Assembly: GCA_963774265.1 (NCBI GenBank)
Contig: CAVZDU010000001.1
Coordinates: 1,280,001 to 1,344,000 of the forward strand
Direction of reading: 5' to 3'
Source: an uncultured Chloroflexia bacterium
GTDB lineage: Bacteria; Chloroflexota; Anaerolineae; CG2-30-64-16
DNA: 64,000 nt
In this document: positions 28,198 through 37,843 of the stretch, piece after piece
Layout: the number at the start of each line of letters is the position of its first letter
Position numbering within the stretch: the first letter of the stretch is position 1
Notes under the pieces: generated by a model
The model's input: the letters and a program-made list of their open reading frames with translations, nothing else
Told to the model about the DNA's origin: nothing
Database searches by the model: none
Position numbers and translations under genes: made by a program

Positions 28198-28506
28198 ATG
28201 GTTCCTCTCACCTGGTATTTGATCGTTTCGGCTGCGCTGTTTTGCATCGGCGCATTCGGTGCGCTGGCCAGGCGCAATGCGGTCGGCGTCCTCATGGGCG
28301 TCGAGCTGATGCTTAACGCAGTCAACATCAATCTCATTGCTTTCTGGCGTTACATCAGCGTGGGGCAGATGACCGGGCAGTTGTTCGCCATCTTCGTCAT
28401 CACCGTGGCTGCTGCTGAAGCAGCAGTGGGCCTGGCATTGATCATCGCGATCTACCGTCAGCGCAGTACGGTGAATGTCGAAGAAATCGACACGATGAAG
28501 GGATAG
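28198..28506 (+). CDS. nuoK: NADH-quinone oxidoreductase subunit K (operon 2)
   Basis: RRN..GVELMLNAVN, AAAEAAVGLA. Confidence 0.95.
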   Translation: MVPLTWYLIVSAALFCIGAFGALARRNAVGVLMGVELMLNAVNINLIAFWRYISVGQMTGQLFAIFVITVAAAEAAVGLALIIAIYRQRSTVNVEEIDTMKG

Positions 28507-28510
28507 CGCG

Positions 28511-30749
28511 ATGAGCGAACCTGCTGTCACACTGCCGGCTGTCTTCAACCTGACGCTGATCATCCCGTTCCTGCCGTTCGCTGCGTTTGTGCTCATCGTC
28601 TTGTGGGCTAACCGCAGCAAGAAGTTGAGCGCGGGATTGGCCATTGGCGGTATCGCGCTTGCCTGGATCGTCAGTTGGGCCATTACCTTTACAACATTCG
28701 GTATCGAGCACTTCGGCGAGAACCCCTTCCGCGTGTTCCGCGACTGGCTGCCCACCGGCCGCACCTGGCAGGCGTTCGGCTTCGCCGTCGATCCGCTTGC
28801 AGGCGCCATGCTCTTCATGGTGCCGTTTGTGTGTTTTCTGATTTTTGTCTACGCGGTTGGCTACATGGGTGTTGGCAAACCGGAGAGCGAGCACGATGAG
28901 CGCGGCAAGCCTGCTGAGCCGGGTCATGTCGATCGCCTCGCTAGCCGCTTCTTCGCATATATCGCCCTATTCGCCACGGGCATGCTGGGCTTCGTGCTGG
29001 CAGACAACCTGATCCTGGCCCTGATCTTTTGGGAGGTCATGGGCCTCTGCTCCTACCTGCTCATCGGCTTTTGGTCTGCACGGAAGTATCCGAATCCCAA
29101 GCAAATCACACCCAAGGAGGCCGGCCTCAAGGCATTCCTGACTACTCGCATCGGCGACACGGTGATGTTGGCGGGTATGTGGTTGCTTTATGCACGCACC
29201 GGCTCGCTCAGCTTTGCGGATATCTTCAAACCTGAGGTGCTGGAGAGCCTGGCCACCTCCACAGTCAACCTCCCCATTGCCGGCGCCACGCCATGGGCTA
29301 CCTTGATTGCGATCCTGATTTTCTTCGGCGCCATTGGCAAGAGCGCACAGTTCCCCTTGCACGTCTGGTTGCCCGACGCTATGGAAGGCCCCACGCCCGT
29401 CTCAGCGTTGATCCACGCGGCGACGATGGTTTCTGCAGGCGTCTACCTGGTCATCCGCACCTTCCCGTTGATGCAGGCGGTCGACCACGGCGCGGCCTTG
29501 CGCTTCATTTCGTTCATTGGCGCGTTCACTGCCTTGTTTGCGGCGACGATCGCCCTGTCCCAGAACGATATCAAGAAGGTGCTGGCATATTCGACCATTT
29601 CCCAACTCGGCTACATGTTTGCTGCGCTGGGCATGGGCGCGTACGTCGCGGCAACCTTCCATCTGATGACTCACGCCTTCTTTAAGGCGCTTCTGTTCCT
29701 CGGCTCGGGCAGCGTGATCCACGGCATGGAGCACGGCCACCACGAGGCTGAACACGCAAGTGCCGGGCACCAAGAAGCCCACGCGGGTGCGGAGCACAAC
29801 TTCGACCCTCAGGATATGCGCAACATGGGCGGTCTCTTCCGCCGTATGCCGCGCACTGCGTGGACTTTCATTATTGGCGGACTGGCGCTGAGCGGTTTCC
29901 CCCTGGTCACAGCCGGATTTTGGAGCAAGGATGAGATCCTGGCCGACGCCTGGGCGCATGACCACACCATCATCTTCTTCGTGCTTGCCCTGGCCGCGCT
30001 CTTGACCGCCTTTTACACCGCACGGCAGATCATGATGACTTTCTTCGGCAAGCCGCGCACCGCAGGCAGCCGATCACGCTTCGGAGCACGACAGCATCTT
30101 CGCCTGGATGACAATCCCGTTGATGGTGCTGGCGGTCTTCGCGGTGGCCGGCGGCTGGATCGGCATTCCCACTTCCTTCCCGGGATTGGGCGCACTCTCC
30201 ACGAACCCGTTCCATCACTACATCGGTGGATTGGCTGAGGCGCTACACATCGAGGCGGGAGAGATCGCCTTCAATCCTGTGCCGCTGCTGACTTCGTTGG
30301 TGGTGGCATTGGGCGGTCTGTTCTTGGGCTGGGCGGTCTACCGGGGCTACGCGGCACGGGGCCAGAGCGAGGCGCTCGATCCGTTGGCGCGGCCGTTGGG
30401 AGGACTGTACAGGGTGCTTCAGAATAAGTACTACTTTGACGAGTTGTACTACAAGGTCTTCGTCAAGGGCAGCCAGCGGCTGGCCAACTGGCTCTTCAAG
30501 TTCGATGATTTGTGGGTTATCGATCCGATCGTCGATGGTGTGGGCAGGCTCGGCCGGGGACTGTCCGAAATCGGCCACTGGGCCGATGTCAACATTGTTG
30601 ATCGCATCGTGAATGGCGCCGGTGAAGTTGCCGACGCGCTGGGGACGGCGCTCCGCAGCCTGCAGACCGGCAAAGCCCAGAATTATCTGTTTACAGTTCT
30701 GTTTATGTTGTCTGTTGCGTTGGGCGTGTTCTTGTTGCTGCCCAAGTAA
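28511..30749 (+). CDS. nuoL: NADH-quinone oxidoreductase subunit L (operon 2), extended lateral helix; +1 frameshift near 30062-30066
   Basis: KSAQFPLHVWLPDAMEGPTPVSALIHAATMV, GFWSKD; C-terminal part MTIPL..NKYYFDE..LQTG in the second frame. Confidence 0.92.
29756..29771 (+). repeat. half family B element in a NuoL2 loop
   Basis: gcaagtgccgggcacc, identical to 8448-8463; encodes ASAGH in both places. Confidence 0.55.
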
Positions 30750-30796
30750 TCTATAGGCATTTGTCCTGTGCAACCGGTCCATCGGAGGGGTCTTTG

Positions 30797-32377
30797 ATGA
30801 ATAACCTGCTGCTGACTCTTATCACCTTCATACCACTTGTCGGCGCGATCCTGACACTGATGCCCTGGGGCGAGTGGCTGCGTCTCGACAAGGCGCGTGA
30901 GGAAGGACTCATCAAGCAGGGCGCGATCGCGATCAGCACGCTCCCGCTTGGCCTCTCGATCCTGCTCTGGTTCGCCTACAACAGTGCTGTCGGGAGCATG
31001 CAGTTCGAGGTCAAGGTCCCCTGGATAACGGCGGTGAACGTCAGCTACCACGTCGGCGTGGATGGCTTGAGCGTGCCGTTTGTCTTCCTGACCACGTTCC
31101 TGACGACCTTGGGGCTGTGGTATTCGGCGCGGACGATCAGGACTCGCGTGCGTGAGTTTTTCTTCCTGTTCATGCTGCTCGAGATGGGCATGCTAGGGGT
31201 CTTCGTCTCTCTGGACCTGGTGCTGTTCTATGTCTTCTGGGAGATCGGTCTGGTGCCGATGTACTTCCTGATCGGCATCTGGGGCCAACCAAAAGATCGA
31301 CCCCAGTACTCAGCCATCAAGTTCTTCCTCTATACGATGGCCGGATCTGTCTTCATGCTGCTAGCCATCCTCGCCATTTATTTCACCACCGGCAGCTTTG
31401 ACATCCTCGAGGCTCAAGCCGCCCGCCCCTTCGCGGGCAACGTGTTGTTGTCCAGCCTGGCCTTCTTCGCCTTCTTCATCGCCTTTGCAATCAAGGTGCC
31501 AAGCTGGCCCTTCCACACCTGGCTGCCCGACGCCCACACGGCTGCGCCGACGGCCGGATCAGTGATCCTGGCAGGCGTTCTGCTGAAGCTCGGCGCCTAT
31601 GGCATTCTGCGCATTGCGCTGCCGATCTTCCCGGAGGCTGCCCATCGTTACGCCCTTTTGATCGTCGCGCTGGGGGTCATCTCGATCATCTACGGCGCAC
31701 TTGTCTCCATGGCTCAATGGGATCTTAAGCGCCTGATCGCCTACTCTTCAGTGAGTCACATGGGCTACATCATGCTGGGTGTCGGTGCCGCAGCGTATGC
31801 CGTTGGCAATCCGGATTTGATTGATGCGGCCGCCATGGCGCTGAACGGCGCGGCACTGCAGATGTTCACCCACGGACTAAGCACCGGCGCCTTGTTCTTT
31901 CTCGTTGGCGTGATCTACGAGCGAGCCCACGTGCGCGACCTGAAGATGTTCGGCGGGCTGAGCGGCAAGTTGCCTTATTACTACGGCCTCTTTGCAGTAG
32001 CTGCGTTCACTTCCTTGGGCTTGCCGGGCCTGGCAGGCTTCTGGAGCGAGTTCTTCGTCTTTCGCGGCGCTTTCGCTATCGTGAGCGTCTGGGCGGCCGT
32101 TGGTGTGATCGGCATCGTCCTGACCGCAGCCTACATCCTCTGGAAGATCGTGCAATATACCTTCCTGGGTGAGTATGACCCGCATAAGATTGCTCACTGG
32201 ACCGATGTGGAGACGCGTGCGGAGCTGCACGAGCCCAAGGATCTCGCCATGTTTGAGAAGGTGACGTTGTGGCCGCTGACGATCTTCATGGTCCTGTTTG
32301 GCCTGTTCCCGGCGCTGATCCTGGTGTTCTTCAATACGACCTTTGTCAATCTGATGACCGGGTTGGCCGGCAAGTGA
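30797..32377 (+). CDS. nuoM: NADH-quinone oxidoreductase subunit M (operon 2)
   Basis: FYVFWEIGLVPMYFLIGIWG, HTWLPDAH, LLKLGAYG, GLPGLAGFWSEF. Confidence 0.95.
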   Translation: MNNLLLTLITFIPLVGAILTLMPWGEWLRLDKAREEGLIKQGAIAISTLPLGLSILLWFAYNSAVGSMQFEVKVPWITAVNVSYHVGVDGLSVPFVFLTTFLTTLGLWYSARTIRTRVREFFFLFMLLEMGMLGVFVSLDLVLFYVFWEIGLVPMYFLIGIWGQPKDRPQYSAIKFFLYTMAGSVFMLLAILAIYFTTGSFDILEAQAARPFAGNVLLSSLAFFAFFIAFAIKVPSWPFHTWLPDAHTAAPTAGSVILAGVLLKLGAYGILRIALPIFPEAAHRYALLIVALGVISIIYGALVSMAQWDLKRLIAYSSVSHMGYIMLGVGAAAYAVGNPDLIDAAAMALNGAALQMFTHGLSTGALFFLVGVIYERAHVRDLKMFGGLSGKLPYYYGLFAVAAFTSLGLPGLAGFWSEFFVFRGAFAIVSVWAAVGVIGIVLTAAYILWKIVQYTFLGEYDPHKIAHWTDVETRAELHEPKDLAMFEKVTLWPLTIFMVLFGLFPALILVFFNTTFVNLMTGLAGK

Positions 32378-32402
32378 TGATCCAGGGACGGGAGGCGGTC
32401 CT

Positions 32403-33896
32403 TTGAAACTGACTGATCTTGTTTATCTTTTGCCCGAGGTGATTCTCCTGCTCGGCGCGGCGCTGGTGTTTTTGCTCGACATCCTGTGGTTGCGGCGAGC
32501 CATGTCAGCGGACCGGCGTTTTTCGTGGTTGGCCGGTGTCGCGCTGATCGTCTTGCTCGTTGCTGCGCTCGGCCTGATCCCCTCCCAGGGCCAGACAGTC
32601 ACGATCGCGACGATGCTGTCGGTAGACCCGTTTGCAGTCTTCTTCAAGGCGCTAGCCCTGATGGGCGTGGCTCTGGTGATCCTCATCGCCATGCCCTACC
32701 TGAAGGGACGTACGGCGTTTGGCGGTGAGTTTTATGCGCTGCTGCTGATTGTCGCGCTGGCAATCTGCTTCGCGGTGTCTGCGAACAATCTGATCATGAT
32801 CTACCTCAGCATGGAGTTTCTGAGTATCACCAGCTACGTGTTGGCCGGTTATTTAAGGCAGGACCGGAAATCGGGTGAGGCTGCCCTGAAGTACTTCCTG
32901 TATGGCGCAACCGCGTCGGCGGTAATGCTCTACGGCATGTCCCTACTCTATGGGGCCACCGGCACGACGGATCTTGCACAACTCTCGACAGCGCTCGCCG
33001 CCCGCGGTCAGGGTGAACTGGTCTGGCTGGTGACCCCTGCCGTCCTGATGCTGATGGTCGGCTTCGGCTTTAAGGCCAGTCTCGTGCCATTCCACCAATG
33101 GGTGCCCGACACGTATGAGGGTGCGCCCACCCCGGTCACGGCGTTTTTGTCCACCGCGTCCAAGGCCACCGGTTTCGCGATTTTGATGCGGGTTTTGCTG
33201 ACCGCCCTGGGCAGCCGGCCCATCGCTGGGACCTGGATCACCCTGCTGGTTGCCCTCTCCGTCCTGACCATGACGCTGGGCAACCTGACGGCCCTGCGCC
33301 AAACGAACATCAAGCGCTTGTTGGCCTACTCCTCAATCGCGCAGGCGGGCTACATCCTGATCGGCGTCGCGGCCGTGTCGGCAGACCCCAGACTAACATT
33401 CAATGGCATCAACGGTGTACTGATCTATCTGCTCGCCTACCTGTTCACCAATGTGGGTGCGTTCGCAGTGGTGACTGCAATTGAGACGGCCACAGGTAAG
33501 GTGGAGTTGAAGGATTACACCGGGTTGATCCGACGCTCACCCTGGTTGGCCGCACTGCTGTTGATCTTCCTGTTGTCGCTGGCCGGCATTCCCCCCACAG
33601 GCGGATTCCTGGCGAAGTTCTTTGTCTTTGGCGCAGCCGTGTATCGGCAAATGTGGGTGTTGCTGGCTATCGCGGCGATCAATACGGTGGTGGCCGCGTT
33701 TTACTACTTGAATATCGTCCGGTACATGTTCCTGACCCCGCCTGAAGCGCAGGAAGAGCGTGTGTCTGTGTCGCCCGCGTTCGGCGCGGTGCTGGGCATC
33801 ACCGCATTGGTGACGTTACTGCTCGGCATCATCCCGGGTCCACTCATCGCATGGGCTTCTGATTCGGCGCGTATCCTGCTGGCGGCCTTGCGCTAG
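32403..33896 (+). CDS. nuoN: NADH-quinone oxidoreductase subunit N (operon 2)
   Basis: EAALKYF, FKASLVPFHQWVPDTYEGAPTP, KRLLAYSSIAQAGY. Confidence 0.95.
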   Translation: MKLTDLVYLLPEVILLLGAALVFLLDILWLRRAMSADRRFSWLAGVALIVLLVAALGLIPSQGQTVTIATMLSVDPFAVFFKALALMGVALVILIAMPYLKGRTAFGGEFYALLLIVALAICFAVSANNLIMIYLSMEFLSITSYVLAGYLRQDRKSGEAALKYFLYGATASAVMLYGMSLLYGATGTTDLAQLSTALAARGQGELVWLVTPAVLMLMVGFGFKASLVPFHQWVPDTYEGAPTPVTAFLSTASKATGFAILMRVLLTALGSRPIAGTWITLLVALSVLTMTLGNLTALRQTNIKRLLAYSSIAQAGYILIGVAAVSADPRLTFNGINGVLIYLLAYLFTNVGAFAVVTAIETATGKVELKDYTGLIRRSPWLAALLLIFLLSLAGIPPTGGFLAKFFVFGAAVYRQMWVLLAIAAINTVVAAFYYLNIVRYMFLTPPEAQEERVSVSPAFGAVLGITALVTLLLGIIPGPLIAWASDSARILLAALR

Positions 33897-33913
33897 GGGG
33901 CGCAGCACGCGTA

Positions 33914-34444
33914 GTGAGTGAAGAGAAGCCACTCCGGCGCCGGCGAGTCCATCGAGAGAGTCGCGGTCGTCAGTTCCTGCGCAACTATCGATTCGATCTG
34001 CTCTGGCTGCTGCTTGTTGCGATTGGACTGTTCCTGCTCCTGGAGCGGAGCAATCTACGTGAATCCTTGACCACGTGGGCCAGGGAGGCGGCGCACAAGC
34101 TGCTCCAACGTGCGACGGCGCTCGACGAACAGATCAGTGCGTTCCTCGCCCAGGTGTCCATCTCCCACCTGGTCGGTCTTGTGCTCGTCGTGATCGCTGT
34201 GGTCGCGTTTCTCTTGCGAGTTCGATGGCGGCTTTTGAACGCGCCCGAACTGACGCAGCTTCGGTGTCCACATTGCGGCGGAGGCCTTCACCGCGTCCAT
34301 CGCACCGCGACCGACCGGCTCATCGGGTTGTTTGTGCCGGTTCGTCGATATTGCTGCCGGGCCGACGCATGTGGTTGGAAGGGACTGCGCGTCGGTCGCG
34401 GCCACGTCATTTCCGAGAGTAAGGGTCTTCGTTCTGCGGTGTAA
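33914..34444 (+). CDS. hypothetical two-TM membrane protein with C-terminal Zn-ribbon
   Basis: Two hydrophobic segments; CPHCGG..RRYCC..CGW. Confidence 0.65.
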   Translation: MSEEKPLRRRRVHRESRGRQFLRNYRFDLLWLLLVAIGLFLLLERSNLRESLTTWAREAAHKLLQRATALDEQISAFLAQVSISHLVGLVLVVIAVVAFLLRVRWRLLNAPELTQLRCPHCGGGLHRVHRTATDRLIGLFVPVRRYCCRADACGWKGLRVGRGHVISESKGLRSAV

Positions 34445-34458
34445 GGTCCGATGTATCT

Positions 34459-36093
34459 ATGCGTCTGGTTCAACTGATTGAGGCTCTGCCAGGGATCATC
34501 TCCCTGACCGGCGATCCCGACACCGACATCTCACACATCAGCTCCGACTCGCGCCAGGTCACGCCTGGCGCTCTTTTTGTTGCGTACCGCGGTGTAGGTG
34601 TTGATGGTCATCGCTATATTGCTGATGCGGTTCGCCGAGGCGCGGCTGCCGTGGTTTGCGAGAAACCGACCGCGAATCCAGGAGTGCCGACTGTGCGGGT
34701 CACCGACGGCCGCAGCGCCCTAGCGTGGCTGCATGCAGCCTGGTATGGTCACCCAAGCCGGAGTATGACCGTTATCGGCGTTACTGGCACAGACGGGAAG
34801 ACGACCACGTGCAACCTGATTTACAGTATCCTCAAAGCTGCCGGAATTCGTGCAGGCATGATCAGCACGGTGAACGCGGTCATTGGCGATGAGATCTATG
34901 AGACTGGCCTTCACACCACGACCCCGGATTCAGCCGACGTCCAGCGGTTGCTGGCTCAGATGCGGGACGCAGGGACGGAGATCGCAGTCCTTGAGACGAC
35001 ATCGCATGGCCTTGCTCAGCACCGCGTCACCGGCACCGCCTTTGACGTGGCCGTGGTCACCAATATCACACACGAACACCTGGATTTTCACGGCAGCTAT
35101 GAAGCCTATCGTGATGCGAAGGCAATGCTTTTTCGTTCGCTTGTGGAGATTCAGAACGTAGGGGTGAAGTCGCCTCGCCCCTATGAGGCGCCTAAGACCT
35201 CTGTCTTGAACTACGATGATAGCTCGTTTGCGTTCCTGGCCGCGATTCCTGCAGACCGATGCATCGTCTACAGTGAAGAGCAACAGCAGCTGAGGCCGGC
35301 TGACCTGGAGTGCCTTGTCGCAACCGGCCCGAAAGTGCTGTTGCGGGCTGCGCACGTTGAGCAGGCCCCTTCGGGTATGTCATTCGAGGTGCAGATGCTC
35401 GAGAACGATGCCCTGCTTGAGTCGCTGCACGTCACAACGCGCCTTGTGGGTCGTTTCAATGTGTCGAACGTCCTGGCAGCCGCTGGCGCAGCGCTGGCGC
35501 TCAAGATCACTCCATCCCTTATCGCGGAGGGTATAGCCGCGCTTGACGGCGTGGTCGGCCGTATGGAACGTATCGATCGTGGGCAACCTTTCACTGCGAT
35601 TGTGGATTTCGCTCATACACCTAACGCGCTCGCATCGGCGCTCACCACTGCTCGTGACCTCGTGGAAGAGGGACGGCGGGTCATTGTCGTTTTCGGCAGC
35701 GCCGGTTTGCGTGATCGCGAGAAGCGCAGATTGATGGGCCATGTCTCCGCTCAGCTCGCTGACACCGTGGTGATCACCGCCGAAGACCCACGCTCGGAGG
35801 ACCTTGCAGCGATCATGGCCGAGACCGCCGAGGCAATGGTTGCCCGCGGCCGCATTGAAGGCCGCGATTTTGTCCGGATCGCAGATCGGCAACGTGCGAT
35901 CCTCCACGCGGTCTGCAACGCAACGCCTGGGGACATCGTATTGGTGTGTGGCAAGGGCCATGAGCAGTCGATGTGTTTTGGTGCAGTTGAGCACCCCTGG
36001 CGCGACCAGGACGCGTTGGCCTGGGCGCTAGATCGGTGCATACGGCGGGCGAACGTTCCACCTCCCTTTCAACTACCGACTTGGGAGGAGTGA
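34459..36093 (+). CDS. murE: UDP-N-acetylmuramoyl-dipeptide:diamino acid ligase
   Basis: SDSRQV, GVTGTDGKTTT, HTTTP, ETTSHG, EHLDFHG, DFAHTP, EDPR, GKGHE. Confidence 0.95.
   Translation: MRLVQLIEALPGIISLTGDPDTDISHISSDSRQVTPGALFVAYRGVGVDGHRYIADAVRRGAAAVVCEKPTANPGVPTVRVTDGRSALAWLHAAWYGHPSRSMTVIGVTGTDGKTTTCNLIYSILKAAGIRAGMISTVNAVIGDEIYETGLHTTTPDSADVQRLLAQMRDAGTEIAVLETTSHGLAQHRVTGTAFDVAVVTNITHEHLDFHGSYEAYRDAKAMLFRSLVEIQNVGVKSPRPYEAPKTSVLNYDDSSFAFLAAIPADRCIVYSEEQQQLRPADLECLVATGPKVLLRAAHVEQAPSGMSFEVQMLENDALLESLHVTTRLVGRFNVSNVLAAAGAALALKITPSLIAEGIAALDGVVGRMERIDRGQPFTAIVDFAHTPNALASALTTARDLVEEGRRVIVVFGSAGLRDREKRRLMGHVSAQLADTVVITAEDPRSEDLAAIMAETAEAMVARGRIEGRDFVRIADRQRAILHAVCNATPGDIVLVCGKGHEQSMCFGAVEHPWRDQDALAWALDRCIRRANVPPPFQLPTWEE
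35158..35184 (+). repeat. degenerate family A REP, in frame in MurE
   Basis: gtaggggtgaagtcgcctcgcccctat = VGVKSPRPY. Confidence 0.6.
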
Positions 36094-36120
36094 CGGTGCC
36101 GCCAGTGACGGCCTGTAATT

Positions 36121-37422
36121 CAGGGTGATTTCATAGTGCGGGTGCGCCGAATAAATGCAGGGCGCGTTGCGGATGGGCTGCGTAGCAACGGGTGGCGGCG
36201 GCGAGATTGCTCCAACCGTGGAAGCGCAGGGTGGAGATGACGGCATTGCGAATGGCCGCCAGGGCTTGGGCTGCGGCGCCGGTATGCACTTGACAGCGAT
36301 CTTCACCGAAGGTCCCGTCCCGCACGTAGTGCAGGCGATTCTCGATGGTCCAGTGGCCGCGCCAGACCTGCTCCAACTGGTCCGGACCCGCCCAGGCGGC
36401 CGGCAAACTGGTCAACCCATAAGTGACCTCGGTTTCGTATTTGCCGGTGCGCTCGTGAATGCGGCGGCAAGTGCGCCGCAGCACTTGGGCTACGCCTGGC
36501 CAAGTCAGATATGCATTCAGGGCCGTGGTCGTGACCAGTGTCCGCCGCTCCCAGCGCCCATGCGCCTTGTCGGTCGTACGGTGGGACGCGCACTCGCCCG
36601 ATTGGCGCGGCAGCGGTGGTTCGTCAAAGACCAACTGGGCGGCCCAGTAGAGCGTCGGCTGATTCTTCTTGAGGATCATCAGGTAGTGGCCCCCCTGATC
36701 CAGGATTTGTTGGGCGAGGTGGCGCTGCGTCAGCAGGGCATCCATCGTGGTGATGGTGCCGGTCAGATCGCGACCGGCCAACAAGATCGGAACGGCCGTG
36801 ATCTCATTGGTTTTGACATCCACGGCCGCTTGGCCCAGGACATAGGCGCTCTCATGGCGCACGAGACTGACCAGAAAGGTATGCTGCCCGTGGGCGCTGG
36901 CCCCGCGCACATCCTTGCCGTCGACCGCCTGGGCGCGCAGCACCTGACCCTGGCGGAGCCGAATGGCGCCGCAGGTGACATCCGCCTGATCGAGCGCCTG
37001 ATGGTACGCCGCCACTTGCTGCTCCAGGCTGTACATGTCGATGTGGGCCACCAACCGCCGCCAGGTCGCCGCACTGGGCAGGCGGGGACAGGCCGGCTGC
37101 AGGGTGGTCAACAGCTCGCTGCGCTGGTCACGCGCCCAACCGACCATCGCCAGCACGCTCGTTTGGCCGGCTGCCATTGCCGCCGCCAGCAACGCCAACA
37201 GATACGTCCAGGCAAAGCGGCGGCCGCGGGTACAGCGAAAGTCAGGAACTTGGCTCAGGTAGGCCAGCAAGGTAGACTGCAGTGGATCCATCGGGACGAA
37301 CCTCCTTGTGATTGCTGTCACTGAGATTCTAACCGATGGATCCTTGCCTGGCCCACGTGTGGATGCCGAATTGCCACAAGCGCTGCTACCTGCCGCCTCG
37401 GCCGCAACATGACTTCGCCCTG
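36121..37422 (-). mobile_element. ISAs1-family insertion sequence (1302 bp)
   Basis: Imperfect TIRs CAGGGTGATTTCATAGTGCGG / CAGGGCGAAGTCATGTTGCGG; 9-bp TSD CCTGTAATT at 36112-36120 and 37423-37431. Confidence 0.92.
36131..37291 (-). CDS. ISAs1-family DDE transposase
   Basis: AVDGK, KTNEI, TMDALLTQ, KKNQP, HGRWERR, RGHWTIENRLHYVRD..FGED; AAGGAGG RBS. Confidence 0.95.
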   Translation of the reverse strand: MDPLQSTLLAYLSQVPDFRCTRGRRFAWTYLLALLAAAMAAGQTSVLAMVGWARDQRSELLTTLQPACPRLPSAATWRRLVAHIDMYSLEQQVAAYHQALDQADVTCGAIRLRQGQVLRAQAVDGKDVRGASAHGQHTFLVSLVRHESAYVLGQAAVDVKTNEITAVPILLAGRDLTGTITTMDALLTQRHLAQQILDQGGHYLMILKKNQPTLYWAAQLVFDEPPLPRQSGECASHRTTDKAHGRWERRTLVTTTALNAYLTWPGVAQVLRRTCRRIHERTGKYETEVTYGLTSLPAAWAGPDQLEQVWRGHWTIENRLHYVRDGTFGEDRCQVHTGAAAQALAAIRNAVISTLRFHGWSNLAAATRCYAAHPQRALHLFGAPAL

Positions 37423-37430
37423 CCTGTAAT

Positions 37431-37458
37431 TTGACACACCTTCTGCAAAGAGTAGAAT
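37431..37458 (+). promoter_or_regulatory. candidate corA promoter
   Basis: TTGACA-16 nt-TAGAAT abutting the IS target duplication. Confidence 0.6.
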
Positions 37459-37843
37459 ATTCTAACATCGTGTGACTGCCAACCAATGAAGCGGTGTAAC
37501 GAGTGAACTGGGAGATTTCGCTCCCAAGGATGCATCAAACAAGGTCATGGATAACGATACAACACCTGGTAGTAGTACCAACAGCGCTGACGGCGATAGT
37601 TCGACCGGCAGCAAACCTGAACATAGGGACCGGCCTGTTCCCGGCCACCTCGCAGTGACCCCACACCGGGCGTAATCGCCTCCGTTGGGCCTCCGCTGTG
37701 CGGTGGCCGACGAGTTTCAGGCTCTCCCTGCTAATCGACTAAAACCAAACAAATCCGGTCGCCGTGCCCTTGCATGACACCGGCTAACGCGCGTGTCTTG
37801 ATCGCGCCTTAGCCGTTCGCGGCAGGGACCGACAGGAGGAACC

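Noticed and set aside
37465-37843. M-box (ykoK) riboswitch call
   Set aside because: Conserved M-box sequence blocks not recognisable by eye; left as an unassigned leader
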